Shown here: one piece after another, positions 37,670 to 47,967 of the stretch
Layout: every line of letters begins with the position of its first letter
How positions within the stretch are numbered: the first letter of the stretch is position 1
Assembly (NCBI GenBank): GCA_046292385.1
Contig: JBKBRF010000012.1
Coordinates: 64,001-128,000 of the forward strand
Direction of reading: 5' to 3'
Length of the DNA stretch: 64,000 bases
From: Armatimonadota bacterium
Lineage (GTDB): Bacteria; Armatimonadota; SYMT01
The notes under the pieces: model-generated
The model's database searches: none
What the model was told of the DNA's origin: nothing
The model's input: only the letters and a program-made list of their open reading frames with translations
Position numbers and translations under genes: made by a program

Positions 37670-38167
37670 GTGGCGAGTAAGCCCCGCATCCGCCTGGAAA
37701 GCCGGATCGGCCGCGTCACGAAGGAGACCCGCCGGAAACTGGCAGCCGTGGTCTACAAAACGGCGAGCGACATCGAGGCGCATGCGAAGGTGGCGATCCA
37801 GACCGGGCCGAAGACCGGCCGGATCTATCGCGCGGAGCAGACCGTCAGCTTCAAGAGCGGAGACACCGACGTCAGCTTTACCGCCTACGCCGGCAAGAAG
37901 GGCCACCAGGCCTCCGCGCCGGGAGAAGCGCCCGCGACCGACACCGGGAACCTGGCGGCGAGCATCACCACGAAGAAAACCGGGCTCCTTCGAGCGCAGG
38001 TGACGGTGGGAGCGGAATGCGGGGCGGCGCTGGAGTTCGGCACGGCGGACGGGAAGATCGCCCCCAGGCCCTTTCTTCAGCCGGCGGTAGACGCGGTCGA
38101 GCCTGCCTTTGAGCCGGCGATCCGCGCGGCACTGGTTCAGGCGGCGCGGGAGGCGGGCGATGGCTAA
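37670..38167 (+). CDS. HK97 gp10-like neck protein
   Basis: ASAPGEAPATDTGNLAASI, LEFGT...IAPRPFLQPA. Confidence 0.85.
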   Translation: MASKPRIRLESRIGRVTKETRRKLAAVVYKTASDIEAHAKVAIQTGPKTGRIYRAEQTVSFKSGDTDVSFTAYAGKKGHQASAPGEAPATDTGNLAASITTKKTGLLRAQVTVGAECGAALEFGTADGKIAPRPFLQPAVDAVEPAFEPAIRAALVQAAREAGDG

Positions 38168-38597
38168 CGAAGTGCAGGCCGCGGACCGGGCCCTCTACGA
38201 GGCGCTCACGGGAGACGCGGCGGTCTCCGGTCTGGTCGGCGCGCGAGTCTACGCCAGCGTGGCACCGCAGGGCGCCCAGGTGCCGTACATCCTCTTCCAC
38301 CGGCAGGGCGGGCTCGACCGCGTGAACGTCGGCGCCGACCGGGTGACGGTCTCGCGCCCGGTCTACCAGGTGCGGGCGGTGACGCAGAGCGATGGCTATG
38401 CCGCGGCGGATGAGATCGCGGACGTGCTCGACGCGGCGCTGATGGGGATGCAGCGGTCCGTCACGATCCGGGGCCAGCTCTACCGCGTGACGGCGACCTA
38501 CCGGCAGGAGCCTGTGCGGCTGGCGGACGTGAGCAACGGAGTGCAGTGGCGGTCCGTGGGCGGGATCTACCGGGTGGTCGTGCAGCGATTGCCCTGA
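38160..38597 (+). CDS. Tail terminator (DUF3168-like)
   Basis: ALY.AL..D..V..LVG.RVY..VAPQ....PYI. Confidence 0.8.
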   Translation: MANEVQAADRALYEALTGDAAVSGLVGARVYASVAPQGAQVPYILFHRQGGLDRVNVGADRVTVSRPVYQVRAVTQSDGYAAADEIADVLDAALMGMQRSVTIRGQLYRVTATYRQEPVRLADVSNGVQWRSVGGIYRVVVQRLP

Positions 38598-38612
38598 CGG
38601 AGGTGAGCGGAG

Positions 38613-39584
38613 ATGGAACGAGTTACCGCGCTGGAGCGCGTGCAGATCGGCGTGGAGGCCACGCCCGGAACCCTGGTAGATGCGGACCAGCGGCTCCACA
38701 CGCTGATGATTACCCCGCAGGCGCGGGTCAACTCGCGGGCGCTGCCCGGACTGGGGAGCAAGAGCCCGGTCGTGCAGGTGGTAGGCCGCGAGCACACCGA
38801 GGCGAGCCTGGAAGGGCCGGCCTCGTATGACGAGCTGGCGTATCTCCTGGCGGCGCACCTCTGCGTGCCGAGCACCTCCGGGGACGCGCTGCTCTTCGAG
38901 CCGCAGAGCGAGAGCGAGGACACGATCAAGACGCTCACCGTGGAGGTGGGCAACGAGGACATTGCCGAGGCGTTCGGCTACGGCTTCGTGCGCAGCCTCC
39001 AGTTCCGCGCCACGGGGGTCGAGGTGGCCGTCTCCGGCACGATGATCGGCCAGGCGCTGGCGGTGGGACAGACGCTGACGGCCGCGCCGGACGACGTGCC
39101 GGCGGTGGTGATCACCGAGAAGGACTGGGTCGTCAAGATCGATGACCTGGCGGGCGGCACGCCCGTCACCCTGGAGCGGGTCGACGAATTCGAGTGGTCC
39201 TCACAGGACAAGTGGCGGGAGCGCTTCTACGCCAACCAGGGTGCGAGCTGGGAGTTGCCCCTCGGCGGGCGCTGGAACCAGACGCTGCGGCTCTCGCTGC
39301 AGTATGACACCGAAGCCAACGCCCTGATGGCGGGGATGCGCAACGGCGAGACCTACCTGGTGGTGTTCGAGGCGGCGGGGCCAGCGATCGACGTGGATAC
39401 CGACTACGCGCTCAACCTGAAGTTCGCGGCCCGCGTGACCTCGATCGAGCGGCAGGAAGTGGACGAGGTGACGAACGCCCAGGCGGAGTTCGTCGTGGTG
39501 CATCACCCCGACTTTAACACCACGGGCGGGGCGATGACGGCCCTGCTCACTTGCACCGTGACGGGACTGGCGCCGGCGCCGTAG
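38613..39584 (+). CDS. Major tail tube protein
   Basis: VQIGVEATPGT N-terminus, position and size. Confidence 0.75.
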   Translation: MERVTALERVQIGVEATPGTLVDADQRLHTLMITPQARVNSRALPGLGSKSPVVQVVGREHTEASLEGPASYDELAYLLAAHLCVPSTSGDALLFEPQSESEDTIKTLTVEVGNEDIAEAFGYGFVRSLQFRATGVEVAVSGTMIGQALAVGQTLTAAPDDVPAVVITEKDWVVKIDDLAGGTPVTLERVDEFEWSSQDKWRERFYANQGASWELPLGGRWNQTLRLSLQYDTEANALMAGMRNGETYLVVFEAAGPAIDVDTDYALNLKFAARVTSIERQEVDEVTNAQAEFVVVHHPDFNTTGGAMTALLTCTVTGLAPAP

Positions 39585-39601
39585 TCCGAATGAGGAGTAG
39601 C

Positions 39602-39637
39602 GGCCGGGGGCGGGGTAATCCCTGCTCCCGGCCTTTT
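39602..39637 (+). terminator. Intrinsic terminator after the tail tube gene
   Basis: GGCCGGGGGCGGGG-TAAT-CCCTGCTCCCGGCC-TTTT. Confidence 0.65.
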
Positions 39638-39654
39638 CTGTGCATGGAGGCGGG

Positions 39655-39990
39655 ATGTCGGAAGAACGGTTGAGCCTGGCGGCGCTGCAGGCCGCGGCGA
39701 TTGAGGTGCCGGTCAAGATCGGCGGCGTGCGGTTCCGGGTGAGCTATCGGCCGGCGGTCTACACCCCGGCGTTCCTGGAGTCGCTGCTCACGGAGAAGAC
39801 GCTGGACGAGGCGCTCTTGGAGCTGATCTCCGAGTGGAGTCTAGGGGACGGGCTGGGCGGGCCGCTGCCGGTCACGCGGGAAGCGCTGGAGAGCCTCGGC
39901 GTTGTCATCCAGCGGGAGATTATGACGGCGATCGATGGGGCCGCCTTCCCAAACCCGAAGAGGGCAGGAAGCTCCGCCAGTACCTCGTAA
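39655..39990 (+). CDS. Tail assembly chaperone (gpG-like)
   Basis: Between tube and tape measure genes; ends near slippery site C CCA AAC. Confidence 0.75.
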   Translation: MSEERLSLAALQAAAIEVPVKIGGVRFRVSYRPAVYTPAFLESLLTEKTLDEALLELISEWSLGDGLGGPLPVTREALESLGVVIQREIMTAIDGAAFPNPKRAGSSASTS

Positions 39991-40172
39991 GCGGGGGACG
40001 GCGGGGCGCCTGCCCGCGCTGGTATACGCTCATCCGTGCCGCGCGCTACCTGGGCGTAGCTCCGTGGGAACTGCTGCAGCAGCCGGCGGTGTGGCGCGAG
40101 CTGGCGATCGAGAGTGAGAGCGCCGAGGTGTGGGCGGAAGCGGAGCAGCGGAAGCGGCTAGCGGGACGCTAG
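39948..40172 (+). CDS. -1 frameshift extension of the tail chaperone (gpT-like)
   Basis: X XXY YYZ heptamer at 39948-39954 in frame; -1 frame open to 40172 (WYTLIRAARYLGVAPWEL). Confidence 0.75.
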   Translation, partial: PKPEEGRKLRQYLVSGGRRGACPRWYTLIRAARYLGVAPWELLQQPAVWRELAIESESAEVWAEAEQRKRLAGR

Positions 40173-40669
40173 CGCTCCTGGATGTCCAGGTCGATGAGTT
40201 GGAAATCGTAAGACCCTCGCCGCTTGAGCCGGCAGACGTAATTGTGCCGGAGCTTCGCCCCGAAGCTGTTCTGGGCGTCCACCTGACTTCTCACGAAGAA
40301 CGTCACCCCATCGGACGACGTTACCTGCCCTTCCTCGTAGTCCGCGAAGCTGGCGGTGGCGGGAGCTTTGAGCTGGTCGCGCACGAACTCGCGTGACACG
40401 AAGAAGGCTTCGCGTCGGTGGTCCTCGGTCCTTTCCGCCTGGCGAGCCCACGGGCGGAGGTTCCAGAAGAGGAGCACCACGAGTGCCAGTAGCGGCCAAT
40501 GCCACCACCGAGACGGCTGCTGCGTATCGGGCTGTCCGTCGGGCGGCGCAAGGGGCTGCGGCACCAGAGGCGGAGAGGCGGCAACGGCGCAGTAAGCGCA
40601 GAGCTTCTGATTGTCGTCAATGACGCGAGTGCATCCGCGTCCAGGGCAGGGGCGTAGCGAGACTCCCAT
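40169..40669 (-). CDS. Single-TM protein with an N-terminal zinc ribbon; moron
   Basis: CPGRGC..CAYC, TM helix, QLKAPATASF, VDAQNSFGA; GGAGG RBS. Confidence 0.75.
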   Translation of the reverse strand: MGVSLRPCPGRGCTRVIDDNQKLCAYCAVAASPPLVPQPLAPPDGQPDTQQPSRWWHWPLLALVVLLFWNLRPWARQAERTEDHRREAFFVSREFVRDQLKAPATASFADYEEGQVTSSDGVTFFVRSQVDAQNSFGAKLRHNYVCRLKRRGSYDFQLIDLDIQER

Positions 40670-40734
40670 TGACCGTCCTCCGATCCCCCTAACGAGTCCT
40701 TGCTTGGTCCGGCACCTATTGAGGGTTTTCCTCC

Positions 40735-43713
40735 ATGTCCATCACCGTGCAGCGTCTTCGGGCCGAGATCGGCCTGGACGACCGCGACTACAACCAGCGG
40801 ATGGAGCAGGCGGACCGTCGCTTCTCCGAGTTCGGGAAGTCGGCAGAGCGCCACTCCAGCCGCGCAGCGGAGGCGCTCAAGCGGACATTCTCCGGGGTGG
40901 ACATGACGCGGCTCGGCGACCGAATGATGGTGGGCGTGACGCTGCCACTCCTGGCGGGTGGGGCTGCGGCGCTGAAAGCCGCCTCCGCGGTGGAAGAGGC
41001 GGAGAACAAGATCGGGGTGGCCTTCGGCCGGAACGCCCGCCAGGTCTCCGCCTGGGCCGAGGGGATGGCCGACCGGATGGGTCAAAGCCGTCGATCGGCG
41101 CTTCAAGCTGCCGGCGGCTTTGGGATGCTGCTCAAGTCTCTGCCGCGCAAGGAAGCGGCAGAGATGTCGATGAAGCTCACGGAGCTGGCCTCAGACCTGG
41201 CGAGCATCCACGATATCGATCCGGCCGAGGCGCTGGAGAAGCTGCGGGCCGGCCTGGTCGGCGAAGCGGAACCGCTCCGGACGGTCGGCGTACTCCTGGA
41301 TGAGAACCGGGTCAAGCAGAAGGCTCTCGAAATGGGGCTTGCCTCCAGCGGGAAGGAGCTGGACGGCAACGCCAAGATGATGGCCCGCTACGCAATCATC
41401 CTGGACGACACCCGGATGGCGCAGGGTGACTTTGGCAATACTCAGGACTCCGCCGCGAACGCCAGTCGCCGCCTGAAGGCACAGCTTGAGGATCTTGCCG
41501 CATCCGCCGGAAAAGAGCTGCTTCCCGTTGCCAAGGACGTGCTCTCGGTCGCCAACGACCTGGCGAAAACCTTCAACGAGTTGCCGGAGGGCATCCGCCG
41601 GACCGGGGTTCAGTTCGCGATCTTGGCAGCGATTGCCGGCCCGTTCATTCGCGGGGCTGCGGGCCTGAAAGGGCTGCTCGGCAAAGGTGGCGGGGCGGTG
41701 GCCACCGGCGCGGCTGCCGGCGCAGCGTCGGCTCTCGGTGCGGGCGGTGCGGGCGCCGTCATTCAAGGCGGCCGCACGGCGGCCACGGCGGCCACGGCGG
41801 CTGGACAAACGGTCCCGATGCAGATGCAGGTCGTCAACGAAGTGACACCCTGGGTTCCGGTAGCGGCCGGCGCTGTTCTCGCCGGAGGCGGCACCGCTCT
41901 CGGAACCGCTCCTGCAGCAGCCGGCACGCGCGCTGCCCTCTCGGCCGGGTGGAGAGCCGGCGGAGCCCGGGGTCTCGCGGGGGCGGTAGGCGCAGGCGCG
42001 CGGAGTGCCGGCGCGTCCGCAGTAGGAGTGGCGGGCGCGTCAAGACTCCCCGTCCTCCTGGCTGCGCTAGCTGGCTGGGGCATCGGGGAATGGATCAACG
42101 ACTCTGGTATCCCCGGCATTACGGAGGGAATTGGCTCGCTGGATCGGGACGCGGAAGCTCGGAACAAAGAGACCGCCGAAGCGATGCAGCGGGACCCGGC
42201 TCTCAATCGCATTCAGCGGCTCAAGCGGCTCCTCCGCACCCTGCCGGAAGGCTCGGAGCGGGCGGCGGAAGTGCGTGCCCGGATCAACCGAATTCGCAGC
42301 AGCGGCGGGGAAGACGGCGTTAAGAACGACGAGCCCGAAGGGCCGAACCTGGAGCTCCGGGATGCCACTTTCGCCCGAGAGCTGGCCCGCGCCGGCCTCG
42401 CCTCGGCAGTCGATCCGAAGGACACTCAGGCCCGGCGCGAAGCCGATGCGCTCCTGCCAATCCTGAGGCAGCGTCTCCAGGAGCTAACGGGCCGCGCCGA
42501 GAAGTCGAGCGGCGTGGAGCTCGAGAAGCTCCGGACGGAAGGGTTCCGGCTGCAGGAGCAGCTCGTCACGCTGGAAGAGCGGGCCCGCCAGGAAGGCGAG
42601 GATGCGGCCCGGGAAGCGCAGGAGAAGCAGCGCCGCGCCCAGGAAGCCTCCCACGAGCTGGCCCGCGAGCGCGCCGGTATGGTGCTCGCCCTCGCCGCCG
42701 AAGACCAGCGCGCCCAGGCCGAAGCCGCCGCGATGCTGCCCGTCATCCGGCAGGAGCAGGCTCGCCTGATCGAGCAGGGCCGCGCGGCCGCGGAGGGAAG
42801 TCGGGAGCGGATCGAAGCGGAGCGCGAGATCACCCGCCTGGAGACGGAAGCGCTCACGCTGCAGCGCGCCGCCACGGAAGAGCGGCAGCGGAACGCGGAG
42901 CAACTCGTGCAGGAGCGGCTGGCAGTCGCTGCCGCGGACGCCCAGGCGGAGCGCGCCCGGATTGATGCGGAGCTGGCCGGCGTGGAGCGCGAGCAACAGG
43001 CGCGCGCGGAAGCGGCCCGGCTGATCCCGCAGATCCGGCACGAGATCGAGACGGTGATCCGGCCACAGATAGAGGCAGCGAAGGAAGGCACGGCGGAGTA
43101 TGCCCGCGCCTATCAGGCGCTGTGGAGCGCGCGCGCCGACATCGCCCGCCTGGACCGCGCCGCCGCGGATGAGCAGCGGGACGCCGCCAGGAAGGCGATC
43201 GATGAGACCCGCCGCCAGGGCGAAGAGGTGCGAGAGCTCGCGGCGCTTCGCACGCGGCTGCTGGAAGCGCAACTGGCCGCGATCCCGGGGCTGAGCGATG
43301 ACCAGCGGAAGCGAGCCCTGGTGCCGGCGATGCTGGAACAGTTCCGCACGCAACTCACTGCCGTGGCCGGCGAGACTGAGAAGGACCGCCTCACGCGGCT
43401 GATCGAGGCGGCGCAGCTCCGCGGGAGCATCCTGCAGGCTGTGGCCGGTGACGGCGGGCGGGGCATCCGGCTCGCGGGCGGGGGTTACCTGGGTGGGATG
43501 AATGAGCGTGCGCTGCTGCAGGCGAACGCCTACCTCTCTCAGGTGGAGAGGCAGGCCACGCTGCCTTCTGGACGGGGCGCGCCGCCGCCAGTGGCGGTGC
43601 CGATCACCATCCAGGGCCGGCCGGACCTGCGGGACCCGCGCACCCGGGCGGAGATCCACGCCGCGGTAGATGACCGCCTGGATGAGTATGTGCGCCGGGG
43701 GTATGCGCGGTAG
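40735..43713 (+). CDS. Tape measure protein
   Basis: 992 aa, Ala-rich helical; LASDLAS.H..D..EA...L..GL.GE.EPL. Confidence 0.9.
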   Translation: MSITVQRLRAEIGLDDRDYNQRMEQADRRFSEFGKSAERHSSRAAEALKRTFSGVDMTRLGDRMMVGVTLPLLAGGAAALKAASAVEEAENKIGVAFGRNARQVSAWAEGMADRMGQSRRSALQAAGGFGMLLKSLPRKEAAEMSMKLTELASDLASIHDIDPAEALEKLRAGLVGEAEPLRTVGVLLDENRVKQKALEMGLASSGKELDGNAKMMARYAIILDDTRMAQGDFGNTQDSAANASRRLKAQLEDLAASAGKELLPVAKDVLSVANDLAKTFNELPEGIRRTGVQFAILAAIAGPFIRGAAGLKGLLGKGGGAVATGAAAGAASALGAGGAGAVIQGGRTAATAATAAGQTVPMQMQVVNEVTPWVPVAAGAVLAGGGTALGTAPAAAGTRAALSAGWRAGGARGLAGAVGAGARSAGASAVGVAGASRLPVLLAALAGWGIGEWINDSGIPGITEGIGSLDRDAEARNKETAEAMQRDPALNRIQRLKRLLRTLPEGSERAAEVRARINRIRSSGGEDGVKNDEPEGPNLELRDATFARELARAGLASAVDPKDTQARREADALLPILRQRLQELTGRAEKSSGVELEKLRTEGFRLQEQLVTLEERARQEGEDAAREAQEKQRRAQEASHELARERAGMVLALAAEDQRAQAEAAAMLPVIRQEQARLIEQGRAAAEGSRERIEAEREITRLETEALTLQRAATEERQRNAEQLVQERLAVAAADAQAERARIDAELAGVEREQQARAEAARLIPQIRHEIETVIRPQIEAAKEGTAEYARAYQALWSARADIARLDRAAADEQRDAARKAIDETRRQGEEVRELAALRTRLLEAQLAAIPGLSDDQRKRALVPAMLEQFRTQLTAVAGETEKDRLTRLIEAAQLRGSILQAVAGDGGRGIRLAGGGYLGGMNERALLQANAYLSQVERQATLPSGRGAPPPVAVPITIQGRPDLRDPRTRAEIHAAVDDRLDEYVRRGYAR

Positions 43714-44766
43714 ATGGCGACCTATCTCAGCCTCCCCAGCGGCTCCGCCTGGACCTGGGCCACCTTCGTCCGCACGCGCTCCGGCGGACTGGTGACGGCG
43801 CAGGCGCATCCGGCTGCGAGCGGGAGCGGCAGCCGGCTCTCCGTCTCCGTGTGGACGGATGCCGACCCGCCCGAGGCGGGCGCGGAGGTGGAGATCGAGG
43901 CGAGCGGCGTGGGGCACGCCAACGATCTCCGCGTGTTCTCCCTGGGGGAGGCGCGGGACGGCACGCTGGAGCTGTTCTACCTCTACGGCCTGACGACGCT
44001 CTACCGGCGCGAGAGCCGGGACGGCGGGGCGACGTGGAGCAGCCGGGAAGCGGTGCCGGTGACGCTCACCACGCCGGGCCCGGAGTGGAATCCCTACTTC
44101 GACCTGGGGCTGGACAGCATCGGCCACAGCTATACGCGGGACGGGATGACCTGCCTCTCCATCCTGCAGGGGTTCACAAGCTTCGGCAACCGTCTCGGGG
44201 TCAACTCCTGGCATGCCGGCGAGCGAGACGCCAGCGGCACCTACGCGTGGAGCCCCACGGTGTTTCCGCCGGCGCGGCCGGATCCGCTCGTTGCCACCGG
44301 AGTCTATACCGGTGCGCCGCTGCAGCTCCTCCGCACCGGGGACTTTTCCATTCGGGGGCGCCCTTTCCGAGCGACCCGCTGCAAGGCGGACGGCACGGCG
44401 ACCTACGTGATCGACAGCGCCGTCACCACTGGGGAACCCGACTGGTGGACGGACGAGCGGACCGGAATGCGGCTGGTGGTCCGCGTGCAAGTGCAGAGCA
44501 GCACGCAGCACTGGCTGCAGTGGCGGACGCGCCGCCTCGATACCGCCGGCGCCCTCTGGGAGAACGTCGCCACGGCACAGGCGAACGCGAGCGCGCCGAC
44601 TCCCGTCCCGCTCTCCACCGGGGCTCCCGTCCTGAACGTACAGCGCCGCGGCGATGGCGTGTGGGAAGTGCTCCACGCCGACAACAACCAGCGGCTCCGC
44701 TTCGCCCGCTGCCGTTCCCTTCCGATGGCTTCGACCGCCGCTAACACGACCTGGCAGGTAGACTGA
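43714..44766 (+). CDS. Tail protein with an Asp-box (propeller-like)
   Basis: SRDGGATWS motif; follows the tape measure gene. Confidence 0.6.
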   Translation: MATYLSLPSGSAWTWATFVRTRSGGLVTAQAHPAASGSGSRLSVSVWTDADPPEAGAEVEIEASGVGHANDLRVFSLGEARDGTLELFYLYGLTTLYRRESRDGGATWSSREAVPVTLTTPGPEWNPYFDLGLDSIGHSYTRDGMTCLSILQGFTSFGNRLGVNSWHAGERDASGTYAWSPTVFPPARPDPLVATGVYTGAPLQLLRTGDFSIRGRPFRATRCKADGTATYVIDSAVTTGEPDWWTDERTGMRLVVRVQVQSSTQHWLQWRTRRLDTAGALWENVATAQANASAPTPVPLSTGAPVLNVQRRGDGVWEVLHADNNQRLRFARCRSLPMASTAANTTWQVD

Positions 44767-46862
44767 TGAGCCTCTCCGCCCGCCGCACTCCCCTCCTAGA
44801 AATCCGCCTCTTCGACGCGGGCGAAGGCGATCCGGTCATCACGTCCCGGGCCTACGGCTGGTACGATGCGCTGCTGCAGTCCGGTCTCTACGGCCGCAGC
44901 GACTTCGACGCCTCGGGCCGGCCGAAGCTGGAATTGCTGCCAGGGATCGGCCTCGCTTGCCGCGCGCAGCTCCAGCTCCAGGACACCCGCCTCAACCACT
45001 ACTCGACGAGCGGCGGCACCTGGGAAGAGCGCCGGCCCGGGGTGGGCGCCCCGCGAACCTACCGCATCATCCAGCTCGACACGACGGCGGGCGTCCAGTG
45101 GAGCGCGACGTCCACCTGGGACCACCCGAGCGATCCGGACTGCGCATTGGAGCTGCTGCTGCCGGACAGCCCCCCGGACTGGGACGCCACCACCTACCCA
45201 CCGTATGTGCAGGTGGAGCTGGGCGGCGGCGCCTACGCGGTCCGCTATGACACCGAGGGCGGGTTCCTGCTCCGGAAGGTCGCCGGATCCTGGCAGCGGG
45301 TGATGTCTCTCCCGCGGCCGGCCCGGGGCGACGGCTACGGCCGGGACCGGGAGACGACGCTGCTCTACCTCCGCTTCCTGCGGGGGATGCTGGGGATCAG
45401 CGCGGACGGCGGCGCGTCCTACGCGTGGTATGCGGACCCGACCGGCGCGGCGGTGACGATTCCCGCCGGCAGGCTGGCGGTCCGCGGCCAGGGCGGCGCG
45501 TGCCTCTTCGGACTCCACAAGCTCGGCTACTCCGAGGGCGTCTACACCAGCCCGGAGCGAAACACCCTGTCGAGCCGCTCGGCGCCGACGCAGAGCTTCG
45601 TGGGCCGCTACGCCGCCCCGGGCGCCACCTCGCTGGTCCTGACGGATGTCTCCACTCCCCTCTCTGCCGTAGCGTGCTACACCGCGACCCTTACCCCAGA
45701 GGATCGTGCGGCGCTGTCGTTCACCTTCCAGCGGTCGCCGGTCCTCTACGCGACGGAATTCATTTACGCGCCGGCCGTCACCGCCGGGGCCGAGACCTAC
45801 ACGACGCCCTGGCCGAAGGCGCACTCGATCCGCGTGAGCGAGCCGGAGCAGCTCCACGCGGGGCACGCGGAGTGGACGATCGAGATCCCGCCGGGCGAGG
45901 AGCCGAACTGGCAGAGCCTGCGCCGCCGGAAGGTGCAGATCCGCATGGGCTACACGGAGGATGGGGTCGAGCACTGGTGGACGCTCTTCACCGGCTACAT
46001 CGACAGCATCCGCCCGCAGTGGAACGACTATGGCGCCTGCACGGCGACGATCCGCGCAGACAGCGCCACGGCGCGGTTCAAGCGCTCCTGCTGGTCGCCG
46101 CTGGAGCAGTTCGCCCTCGGCGGGCGCACCCTCAACGCCGCAGCAGACCTTATCCTGGCGAGTGAGGGGCTGAACAGCAGCTTCCAGAGCTGGGACGGGC
46201 TCGGGGATCTCTTCACCCTGCCGGCGGGCCTGCCGGAAGACCCTTGCGAGTTATGTCGGCCGCAGGAATGGAAATGGGAGACGCTGACGCGATTGATGGG
46301 TTACGCCAACCTGGAGCCCTACGCGGACCGGGACGGCCACTACCGCAGCGTCCGGCGCGACTACTACGGCGCCGTCACGGCCGAGCTCCACGTCACCGAT
46401 CCGAGCGAGATCTCAGAGCTGCCACAGTCGCTCGCGAGCCAGATCGATTTCAACCAGGCGTATACCGCAGTCCTGGTGACGGGCGTGCTCCCGTGGGGCG
46501 AGGCTGGGGCCGGCTACGCGGTGGACGCTCCGGCGGAGACCGACACGAGCAGCGACCGCTTCTGCCACTGGCGGGAGCTGGTGATCGAGCAGCTCCCCGG
46601 CACCGTCTCCCCGGGGATGCTCCTCGCCCGCACGCAGGCGCTGGCGTGGGAGCACTTCGGCCGGCGGGAGACGCCCTCGATCTCCGTAGAGCTCAACCCG
46701 GACGTGCAGCGCCGGGACCGGATCAGCATCTACGGGGCGGAGCGCGCGGGGATTCCGGACGGGACGGAGTATGTGGTCCTCTCCCTGGAGCACGCGATCC
46801 AGGCGGACCCGGAGAGCGGTGAGGTGACGATGACGACCACGGCGGGGCTGCGGCTGAAATGA
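44766..46862 (+). CDS. Tail tip / hub-like protein
   Basis: SADGGASY; LFTGYIDSI; position. Confidence 0.65.
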   Translation: MSLSARRTPLLEIRLFDAGEGDPVITSRAYGWYDALLQSGLYGRSDFDASGRPKLELLPGIGLACRAQLQLQDTRLNHYSTSGGTWEERRPGVGAPRTYRIIQLDTTAGVQWSATSTWDHPSDPDCALELLLPDSPPDWDATTYPPYVQVELGGGAYAVRYDTEGGFLLRKVAGSWQRVMSLPRPARGDGYGRDRETTLLYLRFLRGMLGISADGGASYAWYADPTGAAVTIPAGRLAVRGQGGACLFGLHKLGYSEGVYTSPERNTLSSRSAPTQSFVGRYAAPGATSLVLTDVSTPLSAVACYTATLTPEDRAALSFTFQRSPVLYATEFIYAPAVTAGAETYTTPWPKAHSIRVSEPEQLHAGHAEWTIEIPPGEEPNWQSLRRRKVQIRMGYTEDGVEHWWTLFTGYIDSIRPQWNDYGACTATIRADSATARFKRSCWSPLEQFALGGRTLNAAADLILASEGLNSSFQSWDGLGDLFTLPAGLPEDPCELCRPQEWKWETLTRLMGYANLEPYADRDGHYRSVRRDYYGAVTAELHVTDPSEISELPQSLASQIDFNQAYTAVLVTGVLPWGEAGAGYAVDAPAETDTSSDRFCHWRELVIEQLPGTVSPGMLLARTQALAWEHFGRRETPSISVELNPDVQRRDRISIYGAERAGIPDGTEYVVLSLEHAIQADPESGEVTMTTTAGLRLK

Positions 46863-47065
46863 GACGGGACCCGGTAGCGGCCCAGGCGCAGGAGACGGCG
46901 CGGCAGGCTCGGGTGGCGGTCGGCTCCACGGCGGAGGTCACGCGCGCGAGCGCCGGCACGGAAGCGCTCGGGGCTGCGGGCGCGAGCGACCCGGTGACGG
47001 GTAAATGGCAGGGATACGGGCTGCTGGGAGTGACCGCTCTCAGCAGTTTCCGGGTGAGGGGATAA
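46859..47065 (+). CDS. Hypothetical protein
   Basis: ATGA coupling. Confidence 0.5.
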   Translation: MRRDPVAAQAQETARQARVAVGSTAEVTRASAGTEALGAAGASDPVTGKWQGYGLLGVTALSSFRVRG

Positions 47066-47068
47066 CGA

Positions 47069-47203
47069 ATGCGAACATACGTTGTGACCGGGTTCGATCG
47101 CCACACGGGACAGCGCCGAACCATTACCGTGCGTGCATCTTCTGCCAGAGAGGCGCGCACGCTGGCGTACGACCAGCTCACCTATCCCGAAGTCCAGGAG
47201 TAG
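47069..47203 (+). CDS. Small hypothetical protein (44 aa)
   Basis: Manual translation MRTYVVTGFDRHTG...; fills the gap with 3-nt spacing on each side. Confidence 0.45.
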   Translation: MRTYVVTGFDRHTGQRRTITVRASSAREARTLAYDQLTYPEVQE

Positions 47204-47206
47204 GCG

Positions 47207-47893
47207 ATGTCAACCACGATCCTCGCACTGAAGAACGACTACGCCGACCTCGATCCGGTGGCGGCCGCGGAGCTGAACGCGCGCGCGGATGCGCTGGAGG
47301 CGGTCTTCGCGAGCCGCCTGGTCAAGAGCGTCGCCGGAGGCGTCGAGGTCACCCTCACGGATGAGGAGGCGGTAGCGTTGGTGCTCGAGCTCTCAGGGCT
47401 CCTCACCGCCAGCATCAACGTCGTGCTTCCTCTGTGGGCCGGCCGGCGCTGGGTGATCCGGAACGACACCACCGGCGCCTTTGAAGTGACGGTCAAGACG
47501 CCCGCCGGCAGCGGGATCGTGGTGACCCAGGGCTACCGGGCCGAGGTGTTCTGCGACGGCACTGACGTGGTGCGGGCCGCGCCAGACGTGAGCAACGCCG
47601 CGGCGCTGGTGATCGGGGGCGGGACGCCGATCGCGAAGTATCTCTCCGCCACGAAGGTCTGGGATCCGCCGTCGATCGCGGACGGCGCTATCACCTCGAC
47701 CACCGTGACCGTCACCGGCGCCGCGGTGGGAGACCTGGCCGTCGCCGGCCTCACCACCCTGACGGCCGGACTCGCGCTGCTCTCCGCCCACGTGACCGCC
47801 GCCGACACCGTGACCGTCGTGCTGCTCAACAAGACGGGCGGGGCGCTGGACGTGGCGAGCGGGACCCTGCGCGTCGGGGTGTGGAAGCACTAA
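47207..47893 (+). CDS. Tail fibre-like protein
   Basis: W.IRNDTTGAF.VTVK...G.G, WDPPSIA.G...TTVTVTGAAVGD, VTAADTVTV. Confidence 0.7.
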   Translation: MSTTILALKNDYADLDPVAAAELNARADALEAVFASRLVKSVAGGVEVTLTDEEAVALVLELSGLLTASINVVLPLWAGRRWVIRNDTTGAFEVTVKTPAGSGIVVTQGYRAEVFCDGTDVVRAAPDVSNAAALVIGGGTPIAKYLSATKVWDPPSIADGAITSTTVTVTGAAVGDLAVAGLTTLTAGLALLSAHVTAADTVTVVLLNKTGGALDVASGTLRVGVWKH

Positions 47894-47898
47894 CCCGA

Positions 47899-47916
47899 TT
47901 ATGCCACGTGGCATAA
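47899..47916. repeat. 18-bp palindrome, copy 6
   Basis: 5 bp after the last tail gene stop, at the left edge of the cargo block. Confidence 0.97.
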
Positions 47917-47967
47917 CCGTCGCTGAACCGCTAGCGGAGAGTCCTGGTTGTACCGTGAGGGCCTGGT

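Noticed and set aside
42484..44676. 730-aa minus-strand ORF and similar long antisense ORFs (e.g. 27753..29333, 7256..8737, 62244..63764)
   Set aside because: They overlap well-supported genes on the other strand and have the Arg/Pro/Gly-rich composition typical of shadow frames
43714..47893. Diversity-generating retroelement or invertible tail-fibre cassette
   Set aside because: No reverse transcriptase, no TR/VR pair and no inverted fibre duplicates seen
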